NCBI RefSeq assembly: GCF_009914755.1
Contig: NC_060933.1
Direction: 5' to 3' (one strand)
DNA length: 64,000 nucleotides
From: the human T2T-CHM13v2.0 reference genome, Homo sapiens
In this document: positions 41,501-56,370 of the stretch, piece by piece
Layout: each line of letters begins with the position of its first letter
Position numbering within the stretch: position 1 is the stretch's first letter
The notes under the pieces: model-generated
Database searches by the model: none
What the model was told of the DNA's origin: nothing
What the model saw: only the letters and a program-made list of their open reading frames with translations
Made by a program: the position numbers and the translations under genes

Positions 41501-44035
41501 TGGAATGCAATGGATTCAACTCGATTGCAATGGAATGGTATAGAATGGAATGGAATGGAATGGAATGGAATTAACCCGAATAGAATGGAATGGAATGGAA
41601 TGGAACGGAACGGAACAGAACGGAATGGAACGGAATGGAACGGAATGGAATGGAATGGAATGGAATGGAATGGAATGGAATGGAATTGTATGGAATGGAA
41701 TGGAATGGTACGGAATAGAATGGAATGGAAAGAATTGCAATGGAATGGAAACGAATGGAATGGAATGGAATGGAATGGAATCAACCCGAGTGTACGGGAA
41801 TGTAATGGAACGGAATGCAATGGAATGGAATCATCCGAAATGGAATGGAATGGATTGGAATGGAATGGAATGGAATGGAATGGAATGGAATGGAATCAAC
41901 CCGAGTGCAATGGAATGGAGTGGAATGGAATGGAATGGAATGGAACAACCCGAATGGAATGGAATGTAATGGAGAGTAAGGGAGTTGAATAGAAACAATC
42001 CGAATGTAACGGAATGGAACGGAATGGAATGGAATGGAATGGAATGGAATGGAATGCAATGGAATGGAATCAATCCAAGTACAATGGAATGGAATGGAAT
42101 GGAATGGAAAGAATGGAATGGAATCAACCCGAGTGCAATGGAATGGAGAGGAATGGAATGGAATGGAAACTACCCGAATGGAATGGAATGTAATGGAGTG
42201 TAAGGGAATTGAATACAATCAATCCGAATGGAATGGAATGGAATGGAACGGAATGTAATGGAATGGAATGGAATGGAATCAACCCGAGTGCAGGGGAATG
42301 GAATGGAATGGAATGCAATGGAATGGAATCATCCGGAATGGAATGGAATGGAATGCAATGGAATGGAATGGAATGGAATCAACCCGAGTGCAATGGAATG
42401 GAGTGAAATGGAATGGAATGGAATGGAAACAACCAGAATGGATTGGAATATAATGGAGTGTAAGGGAATTGAATAGAATCAATCTGAATGTAATGAAATG
42501 GAATGGAACGGAATGGAATGCAATGGAATGGAATGGAATGGAATGGAATGCAATGGAATGGAATCAACCCGAGTACAGGGGAATGGAATGGAATGGAATG
42601 CAATGGAATGGAATGGAATGGAATGGAATGGAATGGAATGGAATGGAATGGAATGGAATCAACTCGATTGCAATCGAATGGAATGGAATGGAATTAACAC
42701 GAATAGAATGGAATGGAATGGAATGGAACGGAACGGAACGGAACGGAATGGAATGGAATGGAATGGAATGGAATGGAACGGAAAGGAATGGAATGGAACG
42801 GAATGGAATGGAATGGAATGGAACGGAACGGAATGGAATGGAATGGAATTGAATGGAATGGAATGGAATCAACCCAACTGCAGGGGAATGGAATGGAATG
42901 GAATGCAATGGAATGGAATCATGCGGAACGGAATGCAATGGAATGGAATGGAATCAACACGAGTGCAATGGAATGGAATTGAATCAACACGAGTGCAATG
43001 GAATGGAGTGGAATGGAATGGAATGGAATGGAATGGAACTACCCGAATGGAATGTAATGTAATGGAGAGTAAGGGAGTTGAATAGAATCAATCCGAAAGT
43101 AATGGAAAGGAATGGAAAGGAATGGATTGGAATGGAATGGAATGCAATGGAATGGAATCAAACCGAGTACAATGGATTGGAATGGAATGGAATGGACTGG
43201 AATGGAATGGAATCAACACGAGTGCAATGGAATGGAGTGGAATGGAATGGAATGGAATGGAACAAAGCGAATGGAATGGAATGTAATGGAGAGTAAGGGA
43301 GTTGAATAGAAACAATCCGAATGTAATGGAATGGAACGGAATGGAATGGAATGGAATGGAATGGAATGGAATGGAATCAACGCGAGTGCAGGGGAATGGA
43401 ATGGAATCGAACGGAATGGAATGGAATGGAATGGAATCAACCCGAGTGCAGGGGAATGTAATGGAACGGAATGCAATGGAATGGAATCATCCGGAATGGA
43501 ATGGAATGGAATGGAATGGAATCAACCCGAGTGCAATGAAATGGAGTGGAATGGAATGGAATGGAATGGAACAACCCGAATGGAATGGAATGTAATGGAG
43601 AGTAAGGGAGTTGAAAAGAATCAATCCGAAAGTAATGGAATGGAATGGAACGGAATGGAATGGCATGGAAAGGAATGGAATGGAATGGAATGGAATCAAC
43701 CCGAGTGCAATGGAATGGAGAGTAATGGAATGGAATGGAATGGAATGGAATGGAATGGAATGGAATGGAATGGAACTGAAAAGAATAAACCCGAGTACAG
43801 GGGAATGGAATGGAATGGAATGCAATGGAATGGAATCTTCCGGAATGGAATGGAATGGAATGGAATGGAATGCAATGGATTCAACTCGATTGCAATGGAA
43901 TGGTATAGAATGGAATGGAATGGAATGGAATGGAATTAACCCGAATAGAATGGAATGCAATGGAATGGAACGGAACGGAACGGAATGGAAAGGAATGGAA
44001 CGGAATGGAATGGAATGGAATGGAATGGAATGGAA
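35591..44035 (-). repeat. About 8.5-kb higher-order repeat, copy 2
   Basis: Colinear with copy 1. The offset drifts from 8528 to 8442, mostly by whole-pentamer indels. Confidence 0.92.
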
Positions 44036-45979
44036 TGGAATTGTATGGAATGGAATGGAATGGTACGGAATAGAATGGAATGGAAAGAATTGCAATGGAA
44101 TGGAAACGAATGGAATGGAATGGAATGGAATGGAATCAACCCGAGTGTAGGGGAATGTAATGGAACGGAATGCAATGGAATGGAATCATCCGGAATGGAA
44201 TGGAATGGATTGGAATGGAATGGAATGGAATGGAATGGAATGGAATGGAATCAACCCGAGTGCAATGGAATGGAATGGAATGGAATGGAATGGAATGGAA
44301 TGGAATGGAATGGAATGGAATCAACTCGATTGCAATCGAATGGAATGGAATGGAATTAACACGAATAGAATGGAATGGAATGGAATGGAACGGAACGGAA
44401 CGGAACGGAATGGAATGGAATGGAATGGAATGGAATGGAACGGAAAGGAATGGAATGGAACGGAATGGAATGGAATGGAATGGAACGGAACGGAATGGAA
44501 TGGAATGGAATTGAATGGAATGGAATGGAATCAACCCAACTGCAGGGGAATGGAATGGAATGGAATGCAATGGAATGGAATCATGCGGAACGGAATGCAA
44601 TGGAATGGAATGGAATCAACACGAGTGCAATGGAATGGAATTGAATCAACACGAGTGCAATGGAATGGAGTGGAATGGAATGGAATGGAATGGAATGGAA
44701 CTACCCGAATGGAATGTAATGTAATGGAGAGTAAGGGAGTTGAATAGAATCAATCCGAAAGTAATGGAAAGGAATGGAAAGGAATGGAATGGAATGGAAT
44801 GGAATGCAATGGAATGGAATCAAACCGAGTACAATGGATTGGAATGGAATGGAATGGACTGGAATGGAATGGAATCAACACGAGTGCAATGGAATGGAGT
44901 GGAATGGAATGGAATGGAATGGAACAAAGCGAATGGAATGGAATGTAATGGAGAGTAAGGGAGTTGAATAGAAACAATCCGAATGTAATGGAATGGAACG
45001 GAATGGAATGGAATGGAATGGAATGGAATGGAATGGAATGGAATGGAATGCAGTGGAAGAGAATCAACCCGAGTACAATGGAATGGAATGGAATGGAATG
45101 GAATGGAATGGAATGGAATGGAAAGAATGGAATGGAATCAACCCGAGTGCAATGGAATGGAGAGGAATGGAATGGAATGGAATGGAAACTACCCGAATGG
45201 AATGGAATGTAATGGAGTGTAAGGGAATTGAATAGAATCAATCCAAATGGAATGGAATGGAATGGAACGGAATGTAAAGAATGGAATGGAATGGAATCAA
45301 CGCGAGTGCAGGGGAATGGAATGGAATGGAATGCATCGGAATGGAATCATCCGGAATGGAATGGAATGGAATGCAATGGAATGGAATGGAATGGAATCAA
45401 CCCGAGTGCAATGGAATGGAGTGAAATGGAATGGAATGGAATGGAAACAACCAGAATGGATTGGAATATAATGGAGTGTAAGTGAATTGAATAGAATCAA
45501 TCTGAATGTAATGAAATGGAATGGAACGGAATGGAATGGAATGGAATGGAATGGAATGCAATGGAATGGAATCAACCCGAGTGCAATCGAATGGAATCGA
45601 ATGGAATGGAATGCAATGTAATGGATTCAACTTGAATGGAATGGAAAGAATGGAATCAACACGAGTGGAATGGCATGAATTGGAATGGAATGGAATGGAA
45701 TCAACCCGAGTACAGGGGAATGGAATGGAATGGAATGCAATGGAATGGAATCATCCGTAATGGAATGGAAAGGAATGGAATGGAATGGAATGGAATGGAA
45801 TGGAATGGAATCAACTCGATTGCAATCGAATGGAATGGAATGGAATTAACCCGAATAGAATGGAATGGAATGGAATGGAACGGAACGGAACGGAACGGAA
45901 CGGAACGGAACGGAATGGAATGGAATGGAATGGAACGGAAAGGAATGGAATGGAATGGAATGGAATGGAATGGAATGGA

Positions 45980-48900
45980 ATCAACCCGACTACAGGGGAA
46001 TGGAATGGAATGGAATGCAAAGGAATGGATTCAACTTGAATGGAATGGAAAGAATGGAATCAACACGAGTGGAATGGCATGGATTGGAATGGAATGGAAT
46101 GGAATCAACCCGAGTACAGGGGAATGGAATGGAATGGAATGCAATGGAATGGAATCATCCGTAATGGAATGGAAAGGAATGGAATGGAATGGAATGGAAT
46201 GGAATGGAATGGAATGGAATCAACTCGGTTCCAATCGAATGGAATGGAAAGGAAATAACCCGAATAGAATGGAATGGAATGGAATGGAACGGAACGGAAC
46301 GGAACGGAACGGAACGGAATGGAATGGAATGGAATGGAATGGAATGGAATGCAATGGAATGGAATGGAATGGAATGGAATGAAATGCAATGGATTCAACT
46401 CGATTGAAATGGAATGGAATAGAATGGAATGGAATGGAATGGAATGGAATTAACCCGAATAGAATGGAATGGAATGTAATGGAATGGAACGGAATGGAAC
46501 GGAATGGAACGGAATGGAATGGAATGGAATGGAATGGAATGGAATGGTATGGAATGGAATGGAATGGTACGGAATAGAATGGAATGGAAGGAATTGTAAT
46601 GGAATGGAATTGAATGGAATGGAATGGAATGGAATGGAATCAACGCGAGTGCATGGCAATGTAATGGAACGGAATGCAATGGAATGGAAACATCCGGAAT
46701 TGAATGGAATGGAATGGAAGGGAATGGAATCAACCCGAGTGCAATGGAATGGAGTGGAATGGAATGGAATGCAATGGAACAACCCGAATGGAATAGAATG
46801 TAATGGAGAGTAAGGGAGTTGAATAGAATCAATCCGAATGTAATGGAATGGAATGCAACGGAATGGAATGGAATGGAATGCAATGGAATGGAATCAACCC
46901 GAGTACAATGGAATGGAATGGAATGGAATGGAATGGAATGGAATTGAATGGAATGGAATGCCTTCATACCGAATGGAATGGAAAGGAATGGAATCAACAC
47001 GAGTGGAATGGAATGGAATGGAATGGAATGGAATGCAATGGAATGGTACGGAATAGAATGGAATGGAACGAAATGGAATGGAATGGAATGGAATAGAACG
47101 GAATGGAATTGAATGGAATGGAATGGAATTGAATCGTTCCGAGTGGAATAGGAGGGAATGTATTCGAGTGGAATGGAAAGGAATGGAATCAACCAGAGTG
47201 GAATGGAAGGGAATGGAAAGGAATGGAAACTAATAGAATGGAATCAACCTGAGTGGAATGGAATGCAAAGGACTGGAATGGAATGGAATGGAATGGAATG
47301 GAATCAACTCGATTGTAATGGATTGGAATGGAATGGAATGGAATGGAATGGAATGGAATGGAATTAACCGGAATACAATGGAATGGAATGGAATGGAATG
47401 GAATGGAATGGAATGGAATGGAATTAACCGGAATACAATGGAATGGAATGGAATGGAACGGATTGGAGTGGAATGGAATGGAATCAACCCGAGTGCAGGG
47501 GAATGGAATGTAATGGAATGCAATGGAATGAAATCATCCGGAATGGAATGGAATGGAATGGAATGCAAAGCAATGGAATGAACTCGATTGAAAAGGAATG
47601 GAATGGAATGGAAAGGAATACAATGGAATCAACCCGAGTGGAATGGAATGGAAAGGACTGGAATGGAGTGGAATGGAATAGAATGGAATGGAATGGAATC
47701 AACTCGATCGGAATGGAATGGAATGGAATGGAATGGAATGGAATGGAATTAACTCAAATAGAATGGAATAGAATGGAACGGAACGGAACGGAACGGAACG
47801 GAATGGAATGGAATGGAATGGAATTAACCCGAGTACAGGGGAATGGAATGGAATGGAATGCAATGGAATGGAATCATCCGTAATGGAATGGAAATGAATG
47901 GAATGGAATGGAATGGAATGGAATGGAATGGAATCAACCGGAATAGAATGGAATGGAATGGAATGGAACGGAACGGAACGGAATGCAACGGAATGGAATG
48001 GAATGGAACGGAAAGGAGTGGACTGGAATGGAATGGAATGGAATGGAATGGAATGGAATGGAATGGAATGGAATCAACTCGATTGCAATCGAATGGAATG
48101 GAATGGAATTAACCCGAATAGAATGGAATGGAATGGAATGGAACGGAACGGAACGGAATGCAATGGAATGGAATGGAATGGAACGGAAAGGAGTGGAATG
48201 GAATGGAATGGAATGGAATGGATTGGAATGGAATGGAACGGAATGGAATCAACGCGAGTGCAGGGGAATGGAATGGAATGGAATGGAATGGAATGGAATG
48301 GAATGGAATCAACCCGAGTGCAGGGGAATGTAATGGAACGGAATGCAATGGAATGGAATCATCCGTAATGGAATGGAATGGAATGGAATGGAATCAACCC
48401 GAGTGCAATGGAATGGAGTGGAATGGAATGGAATGGAATGGAACAACCCGAATGGAATGGAATGTAATGGAGAGTAAGGGAGTTGAAAAGAATCAATCAG
48501 AAAGTAATGGAATGGAATGGAACGGAATGGAATGGAATGGAATGGAATGGAATGGAATGGAAAGAAATGGAATCAACCCGAGTGCAATGGAATGGAGAGG
48601 AATGGAATGGAATGGAATGGAAACTACCCGAATGGAATGGAATGTAATGGAGTGTAAGGGAATTGAATAGAATCAATCGGAATGTAATGGAATGGAATGG
48701 AACGGAATGGAATGGAATGGAATGGAATGGAATGGAATGGAATGGAATGGAATCAACCCGACTGCAGGGGAATGGAATGGAATGGAATGCAATGGAATGG
48801 ATTCAACTTGAATGGAATGGAAAGAATTCAATCAACACGAGTGGAATCGCATGGAATGGAATGGAATGGAATGGAATGGAATCAACCCGAGTACAGGGGA

Positions 48901-51000
48901 ATGGAATGGAATGGAATGCAATGGAATGGAATCATCCGTAATGGAATGGAAAGGAATGGAATGGAATGGAATGGAATGGAATGGAATGGAATGGAATGGA
49001 ATCAACTCGGTTCCAATCGAATGGAATGGAATGGAAATAACCCGAATAGAATGGAATGCAATGGAATGGAACGGAACGGAACGGAACGGAATGGAATGGA
49101 ATGGAATGGAATGGAATGGAACGGAAAGGAATGGAATGGAATGGAATGGAATGGAATGGAATGGAATGCAATGGAATGGAATGGAATGGAATGGAATGAA
49201 ATGCAATGGATTCAACTCGATTGAAATGGAATGGAATAGAATGGAATAGAATGGAATGGAATGGAATTAACCCGAATAGAATGGAATGGAATGGAATGAA
49301 ATGGAACGGAATGGAACGGAAGGGAATGGAATGGAATGGAATGGAATGGTATGGAATGGAATGGAATGGTACGGAATAGAATGGAATGGAAGGAATTGTA
49401 ATGGAATGGAATTGAATGGAATGGAATGGAATGGAATGGAATCAACGCGAGTGCATGGCAATGTAATGGAACGGAATGCAATGGAATGGAAACATCCGGA
49501 ATGGAATGGAATGGAATGCAATGGAATGGAATCAACCCGAGTGCAATGGAATGGAGTGGAATGGAATGGAATGCAATGGAACAACCCGAATGGAATGGAA
49601 TGTAATGGAGAGTAAGGGAGTTGAATAGAATCAATCCGAATGTAATGGAATGGAATGCAACGGAAAGGAATGGAATGGAATGCAATGGAATGGAATCAAC
49701 CCGAGTACAATGGAATGGAATGGAATGGAATGGAATGGAATGGAATTGAATGGAATGGAATGCCTTCATACCGAATGGAATGGAAAGGAATGGAATCAAC
49801 ACGAGTGGAATGGAATGGAATGGAATGGAATGGAATGGAATGGAATGCAATGGAATGGTACGGAATAGAATGGAATGGAACGAAATGGAATGGAATGGAA
49901 TGGAATAGAACGGAATGGAATTGAATGGAATGGAATGGAATGGAATCGTTCCGAGTGGAATAGGAGGGAATGTATTCGAGTGGAATGGAAAGGAATGGAA
50001 TCAACCAGAGTGGAATGGAAGGGAATGGAAAGGAATGGAAACTAATCGAATGGAATCAACCTGAGTGGAATGGAATGCAAAGGACTGGAATGGAATTGCA
50101 TGGAATGGAATGGAATCAACTCGATTGTAATGGATTGGAATGGAATGGAATGGAATGGAATGGAATGGAAATAACCGGAATACAATGGAATGGAATGGAA
50201 TGGAACGGAATGGAGTGGAATGGAATGGAATCAACCCGAGTGCAGGGGAATGGAATGTAATGGAATGCAATGGAATGGAATCATCCGGAATGGAATGGAA
50301 TGGAATGGAATGCAAAGCAATGGAATGAACTCGATTGAAATGGAATGGAATGGAATGGAAAGGAATACAATGGAATCAACCCGAGTGGAATGGAATGGAA
50401 AGGACTGGAATGGAGAGGAATGGAATGGAATGGAATGGAATGGAATCAACTCGATTGGAATGGAATGGAATGGAATGGAATTAACTCGAATAGAATGGAA
50501 TGGAATGGAACGGAACGGAACGGAACGGAATGGAATGGAATGGAATGGAATGGAATTAACCCGAGTACAGGGGAATGGAATGGAATAGAATGCAATGGAA
50601 TGGAATCATCCGTAATGGAATGGAAAGGAATGGAATGGAATGGAATGGAATGGAATGGAATGGAATGGAATCAACGCGAGTCAGGGGAATGGAATGGAAT
50701 CGAATGGAATGGAATGGAATGGAATGGAATGGAATCAACCCGAGTGCAGGGGAATGTAATGGAACGGAATGCAATGGAATGAAATCATCCGAAATGGAAT
50801 GGAATGGAATGGAATGGAATCAACCCGAGTGCAATTGAATGGAGTGGAATGGAATGGAATGGAATGGAACAACCCGAATGGAATGGAATGTAATGGAGAG
50901 TAAAGGAGTTGAAAAGAATCAATCCGAAAGTAATGGAATGGAATGGAACGGAATGGAATGGAATGGAATGGAATGGAATGGAATGGAATGGAATCAACTC
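45980..51000 (-). repeat. About 2.8-kb tandem duplication (second copy shortened)
   Basis: Shared rare variants CAACTCGGTTCCAATCG, GTGCATGGCAATG, GCCTTCATACCG and AACCTGAGTGG. ORF offsets are 2812 (47158/49970) and 2747 (47443/50190). Confidence 0.85.
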
Positions 51001-52434
51001 GATTGCATTCGAATGGAATGGAATGGAATTAACCCGAATAGAATGGAATGGAATGGAATGGAACGGAATGGAACGGAACGGAATGGAATGGAATGGAATG
51101 GAATGGAATGGAACGGAACGGAATGGAATGGAATGGAATGGATTGGAAGTGAAAAGAATAAACGCGAGTGCAGGGGAATGGAATGGAATGGAATGCAATG
51201 GAATGGAATCTTCCGGAATGGAATGGAATGGAATGGAATGGAATGGAATGGAATGCAATGGATTCAACTCGATTGCAATGGAATGGAATAGAATGGAATG
51301 GAATGGAATGGAATGGAATGGAATTAACCCGAATAGAATGGAATGGAATGGAGTGGAAACTACCCGAATGGAATGGAATGCAATGGAATGGAATCAACCC
51401 GAGTGCAATGGAATGGAGAGAAATGGAATGGAATGGAGTGGAAAGTACCCGAATGGAATGGAATGTAATGGAGTGTAAGGGAATTGAATAGAATCAATCC
51501 GAATGTAATGGAAAGGAATGGAACGGAATGGAATGGAATGGAATGGAATGGAATGGAATGGAATGGAAAGGAATGCAATGGAATGGAATCAACCCGAGTG
51601 CAATCGAATGGAATCGAATGGAATGGAATGCAATGGAATGGAATCAACTCGATTGCAATCGAATGGCATGGAATGGAATTAACCCGAATAGAATGGAATG
51701 GAATGGAATGGAACGGAATGGAATGGAATGGAATGGAATGGAATGGAACGGAACGGAATGGAATGGAATGGAATGGAATGGAATCAACGCGAGTGCAGGG
51801 GAATGGAATGGAATGGAATGCAATGGAATGGAATGGAATGGGATCAACGCGAGTGCAGGGGAATGGAATGGAATGGAATGCAATGGAATGGAATCTTCCG
51901 GAATGGAATGGAATGGAATGGAATGGAATGAAATGCAATGGATTCAACTCGATTGCAATGGAATGGAATAGAATGGAATGGAATGGAATGGAATGGAAGG
52001 AACCCGAATAGAATGGAATGGAATGCAATGGAAAGGAATGGAACGGAATGGAATGGAATGGAATGGAATGGAATGGTATGGAATGGAATGGAATGGTACG
52101 GAATAGAATGGAATGTAACGAATTGTAATGGAATGGAATAGAATGGAATGGAATGGAATGGAATGGAATTAACCCGAATAGAATGGAATGGAATGGAACG
52201 GAATGGAACGGAATGGAATGGAATGGAATGGAATGGAATGGTATGGAATGGAATAGAATGGTACGGAATAGAATGGAATGGAACGAATTGTAATGGAATG
52301 GAATTGAATGGAATGGAATGGAATGGAATGGAATCAACGCGAGTGCAGGGGAATGTAATGGAACGGAATGCAATGGAATGGAATCATCCGGAGTGGAATG
52401 GAAAGGAATGGAATGGAATGGAATGGAATGGAAT

Positions 52435-55400
52435 GGAATCAACCCGAGTGCAATGGAATGGAGTGGAAAGGAATGGAATGGAATGGAAGAACCCGAATGG
52501 AATGGAATGTAATGGACAGTAAGGGAGTTGAATAGAATCAATCCGAATGTAATGGAATGGAATGCAACGGAATGGAATGGAATGGAATGGAATGCAAAGG
52601 AATGGAATCAACCCGAGTGGAATGCCATGGAATGGAATGCAATGGAATGGAATGGAATGGAATCAACTCGAGTGGAAAGGAATGGAATGGAATGGAAAGG
52701 AATGGAATGAAGTCAACTCCAGTGGAATGGAATGGAATGGAATGGATTGGAATGGATTGCAATGGAATGAAATGGAATGGAATGGAATGGAATAGAATCA
52801 ATCATTCCGAGTGGAATGGAAGGGAATGTAATGGAGTGGAAAGAAGGGAATGGAATCAACCCGAGTGGAATGCAAGGCAATGGAATGGAATGGAAAGGAA
52901 TGGAATGCAATCAACTCGATTGCAATGGAATGGAATGTAATGGAATGGAATGGAATGGAATTAAGCGGAATAGAATGGAATGGAATGGAATGGAACGGAA
53001 TGGAAAGAACACGAGTGCAGGGGAATGGAATGGAATGGAATGCAATGGAATGGAATCATCCGCAATGGAATGGAATGGAATGGAATAAACTCCATTGCAA
53101 TGGAATGGAATGGAATGGAATGGAATAGAATGGAATGGAATTAACCCGAATAGAATGGAATGCAATAGAATGGAATGCAACGGAACCGAATGGAGTGGAA
53201 CGGAATGGAATGGAATCAACCCGAGTACAGGGGAATGGAATGAAATGGAATGCAATGGAATGGAGTCATCCGTAATGGAATGGAAAGGAATGGAATGGAA
53301 TGGAATGGAATGGAATGGAATGGAATGGAATCAACTCGATGGCAATCGAATGGAATGGAATGGAATTAACCCGAATAGAATGGAATGGAATGGAATGGAA
53401 CGGAACGGAATGGAATGGAATGGAATGGAATGGAATGGAACGGAACGGAATGGAATGGAATGGAATGGAATGGAATCAACGCGAGTGCAGGGGAATGGAA
53501 TGGATTGGAATGTAATGGAATGGAATCATCCGGAATGGAATGGAATGGAATGGAATGGAATGAAAGGCAATGGATTCAACTCGATTGCAATGGAATGGAA
53601 TAGAATGGAATGGAATGGAATGGAATGGAATTGAATGGAATGGAATGCCTTCAAACCGAATGGAATGGAAAGGAATGGAATCAACACGAGTGGAAAGGAA
53701 TGGAATGGAAAGGAATGGAATGGAATGGAATGGTACGGAATAGAATGGAATGGAACGAACTGGAATGGAATGGAATGGAATGGAATGGAATGGAATCGTT
53801 CCGAGTGGAATAGGAGGGAATGTATTCGAGTGGAATGGAAAGGAATGGAATCAACCAGAGTGGAATGGAAGGGAATGGAATGGAATGGAAACTAATAGAA
53901 CGGAATCAAGCCGAGTGGAATGGAATGGAAAGGACTGGAATGGAATGGAATGGAATGGAATCAACTCGATTGTAATGGAATGGAATGGAATGGAATGGAA
54001 TGGAATGGAATGGAATTAACCCGAATAAAATGGAATGGAATGGAATGGAAGGGAATGGAGTGGAATGGAATGGAATCAACCCGAGTGCAGGGGAATGGAA
54101 TGGAATGGAATGCAATGGAATGGAATCATCCGGAATGGAATGGAATGGAATGGAATGCAAAGCAATGGAATCAACTCGATTGCAATGGAATGGAATGGAA
54201 TGGAGTGGAAAGGAATAGAATGGAATCAACCCGAATAGAATGGAATGGAATGGAATTGAACGGAACGGAATGGAATGGAATGGAATGGAATGGAATGGAA
54301 TAGAGTCAACCCGACTGCAGGGGAATGGAATGGAATGGAATGGAATGAAATGGAATGGAATGGAATGGAATGGAATCATCCGGAACGGAATTGAATTGAA
54401 TGGAATGGAATCAACTCGATTGCAATGGAATGGAATGGAATGGAATGGAATGGAATGGAATGGAATTCACCCGAATAGAATGGAATGGAATGGAATGGAA
54501 AGGAATGGAAGGGAAGGAAATGGAATGTAATCAACCCGAGTGCAGGGGAATGGAATGGAATGGAATGCGATGGAATGGAATCATCCGGAATGGAATGGAA
54601 TGGAATGGAATGGAATGGAATGGAATGGTATCAATCCGAGTGCAGGGGAATGTAATGGAACGGAATGCAATGGAATGGAATCATCCGAAATGGAATGGAA
54701 TGGAATGGAATGGAATGGAATCAACCCGAGTGCAATGGAATGGAGTGGAATGGAATGGAATGGAATGGCACAACCCGAATGGAATGGAATGTAATGGAGA
54801 GTAAGGGAGTTGAATAGAATCAATCCGAATGTAATGGAATGGAATGCAACGGAATGGAATGGAATGGAATGCAATGGAATGGAATGGAATGGAATGCAAA
54901 GGAATGGAATCAACCCGAGTGGAATGACATGGAATGGAATGCAATGGATTGGAATGGAATGGAATCAACTCGAGTGGAAAGGAATGGAATGGAATGGAAT
55001 GGAAAGGAATGGAATGAAGTCAACTCGAGTGGAATGGAATGGAACGGAATGGATTGGAATGGATTGCAATGGAATGAAATGGAATGGAATGGAATGGAAT
55101 CAATCATTCCGAGTAGAATGGAAGGGAATGTAATGGAGTGGAAAGAAGGGAATGGAATCAACCCGAGTGCAATGCAAGGCAATGGACTGGAATGGAAAGA
55201 AATGGAATGGAATCAACTCGATTGCAATGGAATGGAATGGAATGGAATGGAATGGAATGGAATTAATCGGAATAGAATGGAATGGAATGGAATGGAATGG
55301 AAGGGAATGGAATCAACACGAGTGCAGGGGAATGGAATGGAATGGAATGCAATGGAATGGAATAATCCGGAATGGAATGGAATGGAATGGAATCAACTCC

Positions 55401-56370
55401 ATTGCAATGGAATGGAATGGAATGGAATGGAATAGAATGGAATGGAATTAACCCGAATAGAATGGAATGCAATAGAATGGAATGCAACGGAACCGAATGG
55501 AGTGGAATGGAATGGAATGGAATCAACCCGAGTACAGGGGAATGGAATGGAATGGAATGCAATGGAATGGAGTCATCCGTAATGGAATGGAAAGGAATGG
55601 AATGGAATGGAATGGAATGGAATGGAATGGATTCAACTCGATGGCAATCGAATGGAATGGAATGGAATTAACCCGAATAGAATGGAATGGAATGGAATGG
55701 AACGGAACGGAATGGAATGGAATGGAATGGAATGGAATGGAACGGAACGGAATGGAATGGAATGGAATGGAATGGAATCAACGCGAGTGCAGGGGAATGG
55801 AATGGAATGGAATGTAATGGAATGGAATCTTCCGGAATGGAATGGAATGGAATGGAATGGAATGAAAGGCAATGGATTAAACTCGATTGCAATGGAATGG
55901 AAGAGAATGGAATGGAATGGAATGGAATGGAATGGAATGGAATGGAATGCCTTCAAACCGAAAGGAATGGAAAGGAATGGAATCAACACGAGTGGAAAGG
56001 AATGGAATGGAAAGGAATGGAATGGAATGGAATGTTACGGAATAGAATGGAATGGAACGAACTGGAATGGAATGGAATGGAATGGAATGGAATGGAATGG
56101 AATGGAATGGAATCGTTCCGAGTGCAATAGGAGGGAATGTATTCGAGTGGAATGGAAAGGAATGGAATCAACCAGAGTGGAATGGAAGGGAATGGAATGG
56201 AATGGAAACTAATAGAATGGAATCAAACCGAGTGGAATGGAATGGAAAGGACTGGAATGGAATGGAATGGTATGGAATGGAATGGAATCAACTCGATTGT
56301 AATGGAATGGAATGGAATGGAATGGAATGGAATGGAATGGAATGGAATGGAATTAACCCGAATAGAATGG
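52435..56370 (-). repeat. About 1.6-kb block duplicated at about 2.3-kb spacing (52435-54035 / 54718-56370)
   Basis: Shared rare variants GAAGTCAACTC, ATCATTCCGAGT, GAAAGAAGGG, AACGGAACCGAA and CGATGGCAATCG. ORF offsets are 2282-2302. Confidence 0.85.
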
